Origin: Octopus bimaculoides | Taxonomy: Eukaryota | NCBI RefSeq assembly: GCF_001194135.2 | Contig: NC_068983.1 | Span: 17,347,982 to 17,411,981, forward strand | Reading direction: 5' to 3' | DNA length: 64,000 bases | In this document: piece by piece, positions 50,670 through 63,546 of the stretch | Numbering within the stretch: the stretch's first letter is position 1 | Layout: the number at the start of each line of letters is the position of its first letter | Notes under the pieces: generated by a model | The model's database searches: none | Told to the model about the DNA's origin: nothing | What the model saw: only the letters and a program-made list of their open reading frames with translations | Position numbers and translations under genes: made by a program

Positions 50670-52305
50670 ATTTCTTTATTATCCATAAAGGGCTATAACA
50701 AAGAATTTTTTAAGACCTCACAAAACATAAAGACAGTACAAAACGCAAACATAAAATCGGGGTAATTAAAATAAAATGATAATATGCAAGAATGAAAAAA
50801 ATGAGGTGCAATGTCCACTCGATCCTCGAAGTCGGGTGGTTACATTTATCCAGTTTTTTAAAACTTTTACGTTCAACGTCATGTAAACATTTTAACGGTT
50901 TTGTAACTCAAAAAATTCCAGCACTCGCGTAACCTTTCTTCCATTAATCATTGTTACTTCCGTCCTTAACAACTGCAAATAATCAGTTCTAGAGGGTGGT
51001 GTCTCCACCAACCATACCCGTTTCGTTATTAAATTTTCACCAAGTTCTTTTATGTACTTCCAGTAGTTTCTCTCTTTTATCAAAATGCATTTCTCAGCAC
51101 ATTTCCCTGGCATTTTCACTGTTATTATTTCCTCCAACCTCTCGACTTTTTTTTTCCATCTGCTCGCAATGCTCGTACTTTATCAAAACCCCCTTGTATT
51201 TGACATCTTTCTCTGTTCTCTCCCACTCTTCTTGTACATTATTAGTTTCTGGCTTTTCTATCACTTTTATGTTTTCTGTTGACCGTTCCTTTGACTTATT
51301 TTTCTTTCGTTTTTTAGGGTTAGTAGCTCTATTTTCGTTCTCCTCCTTTGTTTTCTCTGTTTCACACTTCTGTCTCTCTTTTATTCCTTCCGTGTGGTCT
51401 ACAATGTTTTCTTCCTCTGCTTGTGCTTTCTCTTGCTGTGTGAACTCATATAGGGGGCATTTGGTCTTCATATGACCTCTTTCCCCTCATATGTAGCAAT
51501 TTGGTTTCCTTCCCTCGACTACAACATTTAACGTTCTCTCATCCTCTACTTCTATCTTGTAGGGAATTCTTTGTATGTCCTCGAATGTGGCAAAAAGCCA
51601 CATTTCGAGTACAAATCCCCACCATTTGCACACTTTTGTTTTCGCCACTGGTCCTAATTTCGGCTCCTCCTTGGTTGCAGCCAGCACTGTTGCAACCAAC
51701 CACTCTGGTTTAATTTCTGGTGTAACTCTGGGAATTCGTATTTTTACACTTCTTCTTCCTCTGTAGCTTAGTAGTAATGCTATTTTCTCACTTCTTAATA
51801 TGTTGGTTGCATGCTTGGTTTCCTCTTCTATAGTGGCGAACCTCACCTCTATCGTACCGAACTTTCTTCCTCTGTTGATGTACGTGGCTTCATTGACAAT
51901 TTCACCCAGGCATTCCTCGATTTCCTCTTCCGTCACCATTCCAATTTTACCGGTTTCGACAGCCTGTGTACGATACACTACTGTCCTCAGAATCTTATTT
52001 TCTTTAGTCTCTTTTGGTGGACACAATTTGTACGAGTCTCCCTCAACTTCTATCAAATTCCTGCTTCTGGTCACCTTCTCCATATCCAACTTGATTAACT
52101 TGGTTTCCAGCGGGACTGGCTTCCTCACCGCAGTGGCCTTAGCGTAGCTCTCCATACTGGAGACACTACCACTTGCCATAGCTGGGAAAAATGCAGCAGC
52201 TCACGTGAAATGCAACCGTAATAATTCCACAAAAATCACAATTATTCACCGAGACAGTTTTCACAAAGTAACACAACAGTATTCACAATAATTCACAGAG
52301 CCGTT
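50670..52305 (-). mobile_element. ORF1-only (HAL1-like) non-LTR retroelement inserted in a family B SINE
   Basis: 6-bp TSD ATACCG (50664-50669, 52306-52311). The flanks rejoin into one SINE B copy. 3' end AATAAAGAAA. No RT. Confidence 0.75.
50892..52179 (-). pseudogene. Gag/ORF1-like protein with CCHC zinc knuckle, disrupted
   Basis: ORFs 51487-52179 and 51094-51471 are in one frame, joined by C-Y-I-*(TGA)-GERG-H-MKTK-C, i.e. CX2CX4HX4C with the second Cys mutated to a stop. A likely frameshift at the A-run near 51150 leads into ORF 50892-51137. Confidence 0.75.
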
Positions 52306-52941
52306 ATACCGCGAAGCAGTTCGACCGGCGTGCTAACGTTTCTGCCAGCTCGCTGCCCTCCCCACACCAAAATATTAGCGACACTTACGTTCCCAACCCT
52401 CATCTTCAGTAATGAGGTGACAAAATAGAATTAGTATTCATATATTTTTTCCATCAACATAGTATTAGACAAGTTTTTAATATTTTGAATTTAAACAGAT
52501 ATAAAACACACTGAAATGAAACCTGCAACAATGTTTGTTAAGTTCAATAACAACTTCATCGTTTCTTGGACGAATATTTGGACAAATATGTAAGTTACAT
52601 ATTACCTCCTGTCAGTTGACACCTTCTGTATTTGGTTGTTACACTTGCTAAAGCAAACAAAACAAAAAAAAGGTTTTTTTACATAAATATGTTGAACCAA
52701 ATGGAAACAGCGTTCGTTTCGTTTTGTTTGAGCAATTTGGATACCGTGAGCAATTTTTAATTCATTCCGGAAACTTCGAAAATTAAAAAAACTGCAATAT
52801 TTTCAAAATAGAATCAACTTTCTATCAATAATTTCTTCTCTTGACTCTTGGGGAAACTTCTTCAGTATCATGCAAAAACGGAATCGTTCTCCAATTGTAT
52901 TTTTTTAAATTTGGAATCTCGGTGAAGTGTATTTAATGAGC

Positions 52942-53567
52942 TGTCATGTTAAGTTATGTTTAATTCAATGATTAAAAATTACAGACCTTTGATTCCTTAG
53001 AATTATAGCTAGGAAAAGCATCTTAATATTATTAAACATGACAATTTGTCCGTTCTTCTATCAATCTTCACAGCACTCCGCGAGAAACACTATTCAAGCA
53101 CTTTTAGTTACGCATCCATTTGATGCTCCTGTAGCTGACTCGAAACCGAATCGACAAATTGCCACGTAAAAACCATGGCTTAGGAACAGCCATTTCATGT
53201 GGTCGGCCGATTAACTGATCAATCAGCATCAAGCTATCATGTGATGCATCCTTCTAGAACGTCTCCTGTCGAGGCTTATAAATAGACAAGGTTTAGCGCC
53301 AACTTTTCGCAGAGTGTCTAAAACAACTGAACGAAGTGCACCGCCACTAGTGCTAGGCATATTTGAGTAGAGACCGGCCAATTCAGTTCACATGTCTCAT
53401 CTCTTGCCACAGACTGTGGAGAATCGCCGCCACGTCAACCTCGTTCTCGCTTTACTGAATTTAACAGTCGTTCTAATGACGTTTAATAAACCGAGTAGAC
53501 AACAGCAACAATTTTGCTGCCACGAATCCAGCGTGATATTTACTCCTGTTGTGACAGCGTATTAACA
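52942..53567 (+). mobile_element. Solo LTR (second family)
   Basis: TGTCA...TTAACA with 4-bp TSD GAGC. TATAAATA at 53277 and AATAAA at 53485 are in U3-R-U5 order. Confidence 0.55.
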
Positions 53568-53989
53568 GAGCCTATTTAACCAACTATTTTGTTATAGCTA
53601 CAGAATTGTCCTTTCAGTATCATACAACGTCTTAAATTCCTTGCATTTACTTCATTCAGTACTGTTTTGGTGCACTGTCAATTGCTATGTACACCCACAT
53701 AGGTGAACACACAAGTGCAAAACAAGAAGACCAAAGGTAGAGTAAGATGCTTTTGTTAAAGCTGCAAAATTATCACAAAACTGTTACTCAGAGTTTCACG
53801 TTCCCGTTCGTCGGACAGTTTTCATCACAACTGTCCGACGACAGGGTTGTGGGACGTTGTCTCACAGTTGCTGACAGTAAATGGTCATGATTATAGCAGT
53901 CCGTTCCCTAACTATTTGAGTTGTCACGAGCTGCCTCGCTCTGTTGTCGCCAAGTGACTACCTCCATTTTGCTTGGGGTTTCAAGTTTA

Positions 53990-54480
53990 TCTACCTGGGC
54001 AGCACACTCAGCCGGTCTTGCTCCCTGGAGGAAGAAGTATAAGCCACCAAAAGCTAGAATTAAGATAACAAGTACCACCAACGAACGAAATCCATTGTTC
54101 TTAACGATATGTCTATCCTTCTGGATAGTTATAAAAACAAGAGCCCCCAAGCAAAAATCAGCTGGTCACTTGGTGACAACTCGAGTGAATGGACAACTTA
54201 TCATGGCCACAAGCAGGCAGCCAAATGGTCAGAGGGAGAAATGAAGTTTACAATCAGCAACTACGAGACAACTTGCCCCGATTCTTTCACCCTCACTTAA
54301 TTTTCTCTTACAACATCATTCTATTTCTATCTGTAATTACTGCTATACAATGACGAGAAGACGAACACAAACTATACGAGGAAAATCTACATCTATCTTT
54401 ACTTCGCATGCATTACGATTTTATCACCTGCCCGCCGAGGCAAGGTATATACAATGTAAGGTAAATAAATATTTTCTTGA
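53990..54480 (-). mobile_element. Unclassified repeat family H (Helentron-like?), minus copy; partial plus copy at ~53840-53990
   Basis: The reverse complement is colinear with 60875-61310. A stem-loop TACCTTGCC-TCGGC-GGGCAGGT lies near the start. Confidence 0.55.
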
Positions 54481-55941
54481 CAAATTCAATCACTGTTTTT
54501 TCATCTTTACATAATGGCAATCAACGAAGAACAAATCCCTACAAGCAGATTACATCCATCCTGCTGTGTATCAACTATCGTTTAACATATTATTGTTATC
54601 AAATTAAATTTCAACCGTACAAATCAACCTCTATTGTGTACCACATCAACCTCTACCGTAACATATTTTTACTGTCACAAATTGGTGACTCAGCCGTTAC
54701 ATATGTATGTATGTATGTATAAAATCGATTCCGCCAAATGCAAAACTTTGATGAATGGAATTTTAATGCAACAAACTGAATTCGTATATTAGACGATTAA
54801 CTGGAAGATTTTGATATCTTGCCTACCGGAAGATACTAAGGTATTCTGGCTCTGTTGCACACAAATGTATTATATAACAAATCAAGAATAAAACGTGTTT
54901 TACCAACTGCACGTTTTTATGTAATTAAATTCTTTAAGTTTCAAGAAATATCGGTTTCTAAGAGCAGAAAACAATACTTGTTTATTTTGAAATTTTCACA
55001 GATCAAATTGTTCAAATTGAAATGATTTATAATGTTGCAATTTACTCGACCTCTTAACATGAAACTAAAATTATACAAAAACAAAGTGTTTTATGGAGAA
55101 AGATCTTTGATTTTCTTCGTTCAAATATCCGTGTTATTATTTCGCTTCTTGCATAAATCTTACAAGTTTTTTAAATGAATGTGACAAATTTGTAATTTAA
55201 GTGATAGATTCAGACGAGAAGTTTGTACAAGTTTCAAATTGTAAATGTCACTATGGTATTCAATTGAAAAATTCTGTGAACTCAGTCTACAATCTCTAAC
55301 AGCTGTTGATTCGCACAACTCCTCAAGGGCATAACAAATGTACAAGAATGTTAATAGTTGTCTCAGAGTCTTCTCATTGTTAACAGAACCGAACCTAACG
55401 CCTGTGGCTGCCGTCCTTATTTAACCCCAAGCAGACCTACAATCAAAAGCCATTCTAGCCGCCACCATCTCATTATTTTTTTTATTCACACACACGCACA
55501 ATTTTTTTTTAATTCACATGCACACACACACACAATTTTGTTACTCTTTTTTATTTGTTGAGTCATTTGACTNNNNNNNNNNNNNNNNNNNNNNNNNNNN
55601 NNNNNNNNNNNNNNNNNNNNNNNNNNNNNNNNNNNNNNNNNNNNNNNNNNNNNNNNNNNNNNNNNNNNNNNNNNNNNNNNNNNNNNNNNNNNNNNNNNNN
55701 NNNNNNNNNNNNNNNNNNNNNNNNNNNNNNNNNNNNNNNNNNNNNNNNNNNNNNNNNNNNNNNNNNNNNNNNNNNNNNNNNNNNNNNNNNNNNNNNNNNN
55801 NNNNNNNNNNNNNNNNNNNNNNNNNNNNNNNNNNNNNNNNNNNNNNNNNNNNNNNNNNNNNNNNNNNNNNNNNNNNNNNNNNNNNNNNNNNNNNNNNNNN
55901 NNNNNNNNNNNNNNNNNNNNNNNNNNNNNNNNNNNNNNNNN

Positions 55942-56175
55942 AGCTTTCGCCGAATATCCTCCCTCAAACGTTTCAAAACGTTACAGTAAAACTCTCGATT
56001 GACCGTCTGGCCTTGGGGGACAAATTCTCGTTCACAATACCACATTTCTGGGGCTGATGCTCGTGATAGGTCTTCCAGATCGCTCATCGTTTTCCAGAGA
56101 CATTCTTCCACTTTTGAAGCGCCCGTGACACTCACTCAAAACATTGCGTACGATCCATTGCCTCGTCATTGTAAG
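55942..56175 (-). mobile_element. Internally deleted mariner transposase remnant
   Basis: HGRFKSGRMSLENDERSGRPITS (HTH region) is joined directly to REFVPQGQTVNREFYCNVLKRLREDIRRK (catalytic region). Confidence 0.8.
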
Positions 56176-58129
56176 CTTGCCGAAGTAAAGAGTCTTGTGT
56201 TCTGTTATTCTATTATTGATGTTAAGGTTTATTTGTTTTCATTTTCAAACTTTAAAATTATTCTAAAAACGAGGAAAATAATTGAAACAAACGGAAAAGT
56301 TCAGGACAGCTAAGGATAAAATTTGAATATTAAAAATTATTTGATTATAATTTACAAAGTAACATAATTTTAAAAGATATCATTTTGTTAAAATATTGAC
56401 ACTAGAATACTTTAAAAATGTGAGCCAGAAGTACCAATATAGCTAAAGTCTTATGCAAAGTAGAATAGTATATATGGTAGAGAGATTCTTTATGTAAAAG
56501 ATGAATATTGGGGCAAGACTAAAAATGTGAAGACTTGGCAATAACTCAAGCAAATTTTACGGTGAATTTGTTGTTATAGGTAGATATAACTATGAATATA
56601 AAACTAATTTTTGTATTATTCTATTTATTGTACTACTATTATTTTTTATAACCTATTTTCAAATTTCTTAATTCAAAAAATGAATTTTTTTTAAATGCAA
56701 AGTATATTTTGAGTTATTTTTAATAGAAGTAACAAGTAATAAACTAATAGAAGTAACATACTTGCAATAAAATTTTTAGTTTTAATAAAAGCTAATATTT
56801 TCTAAATCTGAATATTTTATTTGAAATTTTATCCTTAGCTGCAATATTTTAAGTAAAAGTTTTCTTGTTCTGTACTTTTCCAGGTTTATAATCTTAAGAA
56901 TATTATTTCTCATACTCGCATTTTTCCATGTAATATATATGTGTGTGTGTGTGTGTGACTGAAGAAAGGCCATGAATGACCTGTCTTTTTTTGCCTGTCC
57001 TTCTAATTGCTGTTTCTCCTGTCTGCCTTTGTATCGTCTCTGTCCGAATGTTTTATTGTCCTCTATTGCGTTTTGGTTCCATTTTTTGTATTCATATATA
57101 AATATAGCGGCGTACGTGCACACTTGTGCTCACCTTATAGTTGGTATATATCTAAATTTTGTACGACTCTTTTACTCTAGCTTTTAGTCCCCCTCATACT
57201 TTCTTCCTCTTTTCTTTTTCTCACACTCCCTCTCCCTCACACACATTTCTTGGCCCTCTCTTTCTTTAACTCCCAGTTTTCCTCCTCGTTTATTTCCTTT
57301 CCCTTTGTCTCTGATTTTTTCTAATCCTTCAATCTCGCTGCCCCTACCCCTTTCTCCTCCTTCCACGTGACCATGGTGTCCAGCCAGCCGTGATCTTTCT
57401 TTCTTGGCCTGACTGCCAACCGCCAATACCTCTTTCGTCCATCTATGTTCCTACCTTTAGGCTTTCACTTCATACACGCCAGCTCGATTTGATTCGCTCT
57501 CAGTCGAAGGAAACCTGTTGCTATATTCTAGTTGTTTGTATTTGTAATTTGCACCATGTTCTCCGTTTTTTTTTGCCTTTGTTGGCGTACACAATCGATA
57601 GCTTTCTTACAAAAACATCTAATGCTCTTAGCTTAGACTTTTTTGGGAGGCAACCAGATCGAACTGTTTCAAGTGTAACTGCCCGAAACAGTAAGGACTT
57701 CTGGTAACTTGACCGGGGAAAGAAGGTCACGTCTTTTTGCCTGTCCTTCTAATTGTTTTTTCCTGTCCGCCTTTATATCGTCTCTCTGTCCGAATGTTTT
57801 AATATCCTCTATTGCATTTTTGTTCCATTATATATATATTTATATGTGTGTGTGTGTGTGTGTGTNNNNNNNNNNGTGTGTGTGTGTGTGTGTGCATGTA
57901 TATGTACGTATGTATATACATATATATATATATACGTTTTCGTTCCTTTCGGGATTTTATCCCTGATTTTGTGGCTCTAGAACCGAGCAGTTCTTTCTAG
58001 CGTAAGAAATACCATGAGTGGATTCCTCTTATGTATTTATATATATGTGTGTGTGTGTATATATATATGTATATATATATTATACATACATATAAATATA
58101 TATAAAACATACATACAAATAGTTCAAAT

Positions 58130-58310
58130 GTATAGAAAGCAAAAAAACGAAGACAGGTGAGGGAACAACAAGCAGGTATATTAGTTTGATACCCGGGAAA
58201 AATGGAAAAGTCTTTGACTTTTCGAGCCAACAGTCTTCGACAGAAAAGGTTGAGAGGAAGAAAATGGTGAGAGAATGAAAAAAAAAAACGGAGAAAGAAA
58301 AAATATATAT
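58130..58310 (-). mobile_element. Family Q diverged copy
   Basis: Minus strand CTGTCGAAGACTGTTGGCTCGAAAAGTCAAAGAC and ...AAACTAATATACC tail. Next to (TA)n. Confidence 0.65.
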
Positions 58311-59649
58311 CGGGATTAACGGTTCAAAACACACACACACACATACATGCACACACAAACACACACACGCATGCACACACACACACACACATTCATATAT
58401 GCATGCATGCATACATACATACATGCATATACACATATTTATATGTAAGAAAACGAGACTGTGCGTTGTTTTTATGAATGTAATATACAAAGTCATAATA
58501 GGTAGATCAAACAAAAAATACTCTTCACCAGCCTTTTCTAGGAATGTTTGAAGTTTCGATGCCTTAGGCAAAACCACTATTCTAATGACGTCAACTACCA
58601 TTGGATGCAGTTGCTAGGAAATTGTTGCAGTGGAACTGCGACACAACACACTAGAAAAAATATTAAGCAGAACAAAAAAACAACAACAAAGAAAACGATG
58701 AAACCAACCAACAGATGAAACAAACGCAAACATACCCTCATCAAAATATCCTCTTGTGAGGATTTTTGTGGTCTGAGCGATTTGGACGTATTGTACAACG
58801 CCCGGATACGGTTGTTCGAGAATCGACAAAAGTGCTGAGGCACAAAAGACAGGAAAAACGTAAGGAAAATATATAGAATATGTAGTTGAGTTTTATAATG
58901 AATGAAACAGGAAAGATACGCAGGCAAGGGAGATATATGGTAAAAACTTGGACAGAAGAGAGAAACAACAGTAATAAGTACGACGCTAAAAGTAAAAACG
59001 AATAAATGATTAGGTTCTCGAGCAACGTTCTTCAGCAAATAATGGGGAGGTGTGAGGGGGACAAAGAGAAATTGGTAAGTTGGTGAGTTCACTACAGAAC
59101 TGAACTGAAATGAGAAAGAAAGGTAACAGGTCAGAGCGGAGGCCAAAAGAAGTTTCAAGCTGGGAATAGAAAGAGAAAAGAGACAGAGTAAAGGGGGAGA
59201 GATGGTAAAGAGAGAAGAGGGAGGGATAGATGGCAAAGAGAAAAAAGAAAAAGAAATGTAGCAGTATTTTAAACAATGTAGTGGCTTCTACGTAAACTGT
59301 AGAAACTCATAACAAATAAATTAAATGCAAAATATTCCTTACTTGCAATCACTCTTTCATGATTTTCATGACTTCAACGCCACAAGAAGTAAAGTTATAA
59401 TAGTAGCATCAACAGCTATTGGAAAACTTAACTGTATATAATTTTTACTAATGTTTCTTTGGTCTTTTATGTCTTGTCTCCACCTTGTCAATTCCCTTAA
59501 CGCTTCATGATTTATTGCTTACTGTAATCGCTTTGTTCTTATAAATATATTGGCATGTAATTTATATTCACCCTGTAGTGAAACTAACACCTCGATCGCC
59601 ATTATATACAAAGAAACCATCTTCTCTCGCTGTTATAAATATAATCAAG

Positions 59650-59800
59650 TTCGGGCGTAGTAGAGAACAGGCTACTATTCCTCACGTGACTAATTATTAT
59701 TTGAAGCGGCAACTGCTTCGTACCGTTCCCGCCAGAACGCAAACTGACCAATCACAACCCTTAATAAGGTCACGTGATAGTGTTTTTCTGATACTCCATC
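59650..59800. promoter_or_regulatory. Candidate Pol II proximal promoter
   Basis: Unique CpG-containing sequence with TCACGTGAC (E-box 59683), TTCCCGCC (E2F-like 59726), CCAAT (59748) and GTCACGTGA (E-box 59771) within 100 bp. Confidence 0.5.
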
Positions 59801-60874
59801 GGAGCCTACTTTCAGCTATAAATAGACTGCTAGATACCCAGCAAATTCGTCTCGGTTCAGATCTCTTAGAGACCTGTTCCGTGTACCACACAGAGCAGCA
59901 GCAGCAGTTCCAGCGACGACATCAACAGCATCTCCAACTGCGACTACCAGCANNNNNNNNNNNNNNNNNNNNNNNNNNNNNNNNNNNNNNNNNNNNNNNN
60001 NNNNNNNNNNNNNNNNNNNNNNNNNNNNNNNNNNNNNNNNNNNNNNNNNNNNNNNNNNNNNNNNNNNNNNNNNNNNNNNNNNNNNNNNNNNNNNNNNNNN
60101 NNNNNNNNNNNNNNNNNNNNNNNNNNNNNNNNNNNNNNNNNNNNNNNNNNNNNNNNNNNNNNNNNNNNNNNNNNNNNNNNNNNNNNNNNNNNNNNNNNNN
60201 NNNNNNNNNNNNNNNNNNNNNNNNNNNNNNNNNNNNNNNNNNNNNNNNNNNNNNNNNNNNNNNNNNNNNNNNNNNNNNNNNNNNNNNNNNNACGGCCTGT
60301 CTTTTATTGTGTTTTCATTATGTCGCATACACTCACACACAGACATACATTTTAATGTTACAATAAATATTACGGTTATTCATCTTTATCGGTTGTGTTC
60401 TATCGTCTTCCTTTACTGGCATTTACGAATTCACTATGTTATCGAAGTATAACATATTTATATCATTTGATATATTTTGTGTTCGACCGTGTGACGTGTT
60501 TAAGAAAGGAGCCCTGTTTTTCCATTCGTCACCATTTCTCCCTTTTGGTTCGCACGGTCGTTCTTACAACCCTATACAAGAGTGGAATTGAATGCTGTAG
60601 TTGATACTTCAAAATGGCTCCCCGATGAGATGGTCCTTACGAATCACGTAATGAACAGACAATGATGTAAAAGTTGTTAAGACAGCTATAGTAATGGATA
60701 TTTTGAAATTTCACTGATACTATTTTCTCGCAAATACCCATGCTAACATGGAAAGCGGACGTTAAACGATATATATATGTATGTATGTATGTAACGATAA
60801 AGTTTTTAATTGATGTAGTTACCAATTTATAACGGGTAAGGTTGATTAGGTACACAATATTATGAAGTTTTAAG

Positions 60875-61310
60875 AAAGTATTTATTTACCTTTACATTAC
60901 AATACCTTGCTTCGACGGGCAGGTTATGATCGATCCAAAAGCATGCGAAGTAAAGTTTGTGTTTGTGTCCTCTTCATTGTTTAGTAGTAATTACAGAGAG
61001 AGAGAGTGAGAATGATGTTGTAAGAGAACAGAATTAGAGCTAGTGAGAGTTGTAGGGTGTGGGACGTTGTCTCACAGCTGCTGACAGTATACTTAATTTC
61101 TCCCTCTGGCCAAGGTTCTAGCTGGTCAGCCAGACTTCGTTCTCATTGAGTCGTCACCGACTGGTGACTAACTGATTTTTGCTTGGGGTTTTCTTGCTTT
61201 TATAACTATCTAGAAGGATAGACATATCATTGAGAACAATAGATTTAGTTGGTGGTCTTGTTATCTCTATTCTAGCTTTTGGTGAACTAGAAGTTAGAAA
61301 GGGTCAAGTG
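60875..61310 (+). mobile_element. Repeat family H, plus copy
   Basis: Shares TATTTATTTACC, GCATGCGAAGTAAAG, AGAATGATGTTGTAAGAG and AGAAGGATAGACATATC blocks with 53990-54480. Confidence 0.55.
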
Positions 61311-62023
61311 GTGAAGACATTATTTTGGCCTAGCTAAAGGCATCTGGAAAATGTAAAACTGCTGTAATAGAAAAACCATTGCTCCACCGTGGGAAAAGTT
61401 CTGTTGCAGAGTTAATTTAAATTTGGCTATGGTGGATCGAATCCACTTCATGCATGCAAGATCCACTACATATATNNNNNNNNNNNNNNNNNNNNNNNNN
61501 NNNNNNNNNNNNNNNNNNNNNNNNNNNNNNNNNNNNNNNNNNNNNNNNNNNNNNNNNNNNNNNNNNNNNNNNNNNNNNNNNNNNNNNNNNNNNNNNNNNN
61601 NNNNNNNNNNNNNNNNNNNNNNNNNNNNNNNNNNNNNNNNNNNNNNNNNNNNNNNNNNNNNNNNNNNNNNNNNNNNNNNNNNNNNNNNNNNNNNNNNNNN
61701 NNNNNNNNNNNNNNNNNNNNNNNNNNNNNNNNNNNNNNNNNNNNNNNNNNNNNNNNNNNNNNNNNNNNNNNNNNNNNNNNNNNNNNNNNNNNNNNNNNNN
61801 NNNNNNNNNNNNNNNNNNNNNNNNNNNNNNNNNNNNNNNNNNNNNNNNNNNNNNNNNNNNNNNNNNNNNNNNNNNNNNNNNNNNNNNNNNNNNNNNNNNN
61901 NNNNNNNNNNNNNNNNNNNNNNNNNNNNNNNNNNNNNNNNNNNNNNNNNNNNNNNNNNNNNNNNNNNNNNNNNNNNNNNNNNNNNNNNNNNNNNNNNNNN
62001 NNNNNNNNNNNNNNNNNNNNNNN

Positions 62024-62139
62024 ACAATAAATGAGTATAATATAAAGTAAAGTAAATATCATAAGATAAATATAATATAATATTATATTATATTTATCTT
62101 ATGATATTTACTTTACTTTATATTATACTCATTTATTGT
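62024..62139. repeat. Perfect 116-bp AT-rich palindrome (58-bp arms, no spacer)
   Basis: Checked base by base. The left arm is cut off by the N gap. Confidence 0.9.
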
Positions 62140-63008
62140 GCTTTTAATTATTAATTTTTCTATATGTGATAGTGGATTTTCATCGATGAGTTCTTGAAAA
62201 TTGGTTATTTTCCCTAAAACTATATATATATATATATAAATCAGTTATAAACCAGAGGGCCAAAAGCATCATTGAAGGCACGAAATTGCGTTTGACCCTC
62301 TGGACAATAACTGATGAGAATTTGGTGATCTTGTGCTACCAATATGAAATCTTCAGTCCTGAACTTCTCAGCCACTGATAGGTTGTTGCTTGGTCTACAT
62401 CACCATTTCAACTTTGAAGTATATGCTGTCCATGCAGAGGCCTCTGGCTCCACCGCTCCTCAATTTGTTTCTGCCCATTCTTTTTTGCAGTCTGCTTGAT
62501 CTCTTGTGCTTGTTTTGTGGCAGTGGTTTCAGGTTCTTCATCTAATCCAGGGTTAATGCCAAGTTCCCTAGCAAATTTGCAAGCTTCTTTGACAATAGAA
62601 TATTATTATTATTGTCGTCGTCGTCGTCGTCATTATTATTATTATAATCATCATAATTATTATCATTGTTGTTGTTGTATAATGAAATAATAGATTGAAG
62701 TAATGGAATCTGAATACTAATTTGTTGAGGTGTTTAAAAATATGGCAGAAACAGTGGAGAGCATTCTAAAAGGTCAACGAATGAATCACTTAAAAGCAGT
62801 GTCTCTAATTGCATGATATTTGATTTGGAAACAAACAAAAGAAGCTGCAATCACAGAAAAATATTGCGTCTTCATAGTTTGTAATTAAAGCTGACATTTT
62901 CAAATGAGAAATCAAATTATCTTCTAGTTCTGAATTTAAAGAGTTTCATTCATTTATTTTCTTCACATTAGCAAAAATGTCAACTACCGAAAGAGAAAAA
63001 ACATTGTT

Positions 63009-63172
63009 CTATATTTAAGAGATGAAGAATTATTTACATTTAACAGATATTTGTCCTCACCTTGTTTGTTGTTAACACAACATTTCGGCTGATATACCTC
63101 GCTCCAGCCTTCATCAGGTGTCTTGGGGAAATTTCGAACTTGGGTTCTCATTTCCTAAGGTATTTTTGATGC

Positions 63173-63214
<42 letters not shown>

Positions 63215-63546
63215 CATTATTATTATTCAGGTCACTGCCTGGAATTGAACTTGGAATCTTGGGGTTAGTAGCCTGCACCGTGGTTAAGAGCTTGGGCTAC
63301 TAACTCCAAGATTCCAAGTTCGATTCCAAGTAGTGACCTGAATAATAACAACAATAATAATAATAATGATAATGATAATAATAATAACAACAACAACAAC
63401 ATCGAAAAATACCTTAGGAATGAGAACCCAGGTTTGAAATTTCCCCAAGACACCTGATGAAGGCTGGAGGGTATATAAGCCAAAATGTGTTAACAACAAA
63501 CAAGATGAGGACAAATATCCATCAAATGTAAATAATGTAAATAATG
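63009..63546. mobile_element. Family P head-to-head inverted pair with 16-bp TSD
   Basis: Minus arm 63009-~63277 and plus arm ~63279-63546 are fused within the tRNA head. GAGAAAAAACATTGTT is duplicated at 62993-63008 and 63547-63562. Confidence 0.88.

Noticed and set aside
56950-57000. CTGAAGAAAGGCCATGAATGACCTGTC as a third hammerhead; related repeat at ~57710-57830
   Set aside because: It lacks the GAAA core, and the sister copy does not share the motif.
58595-59276. 213-aa and 88-aa hydrophobic minus-strand ORFs
   Set aside because: They reflect purine-rich low-complexity DNA read as F/L/S on the opposite strand, with no domain signal.
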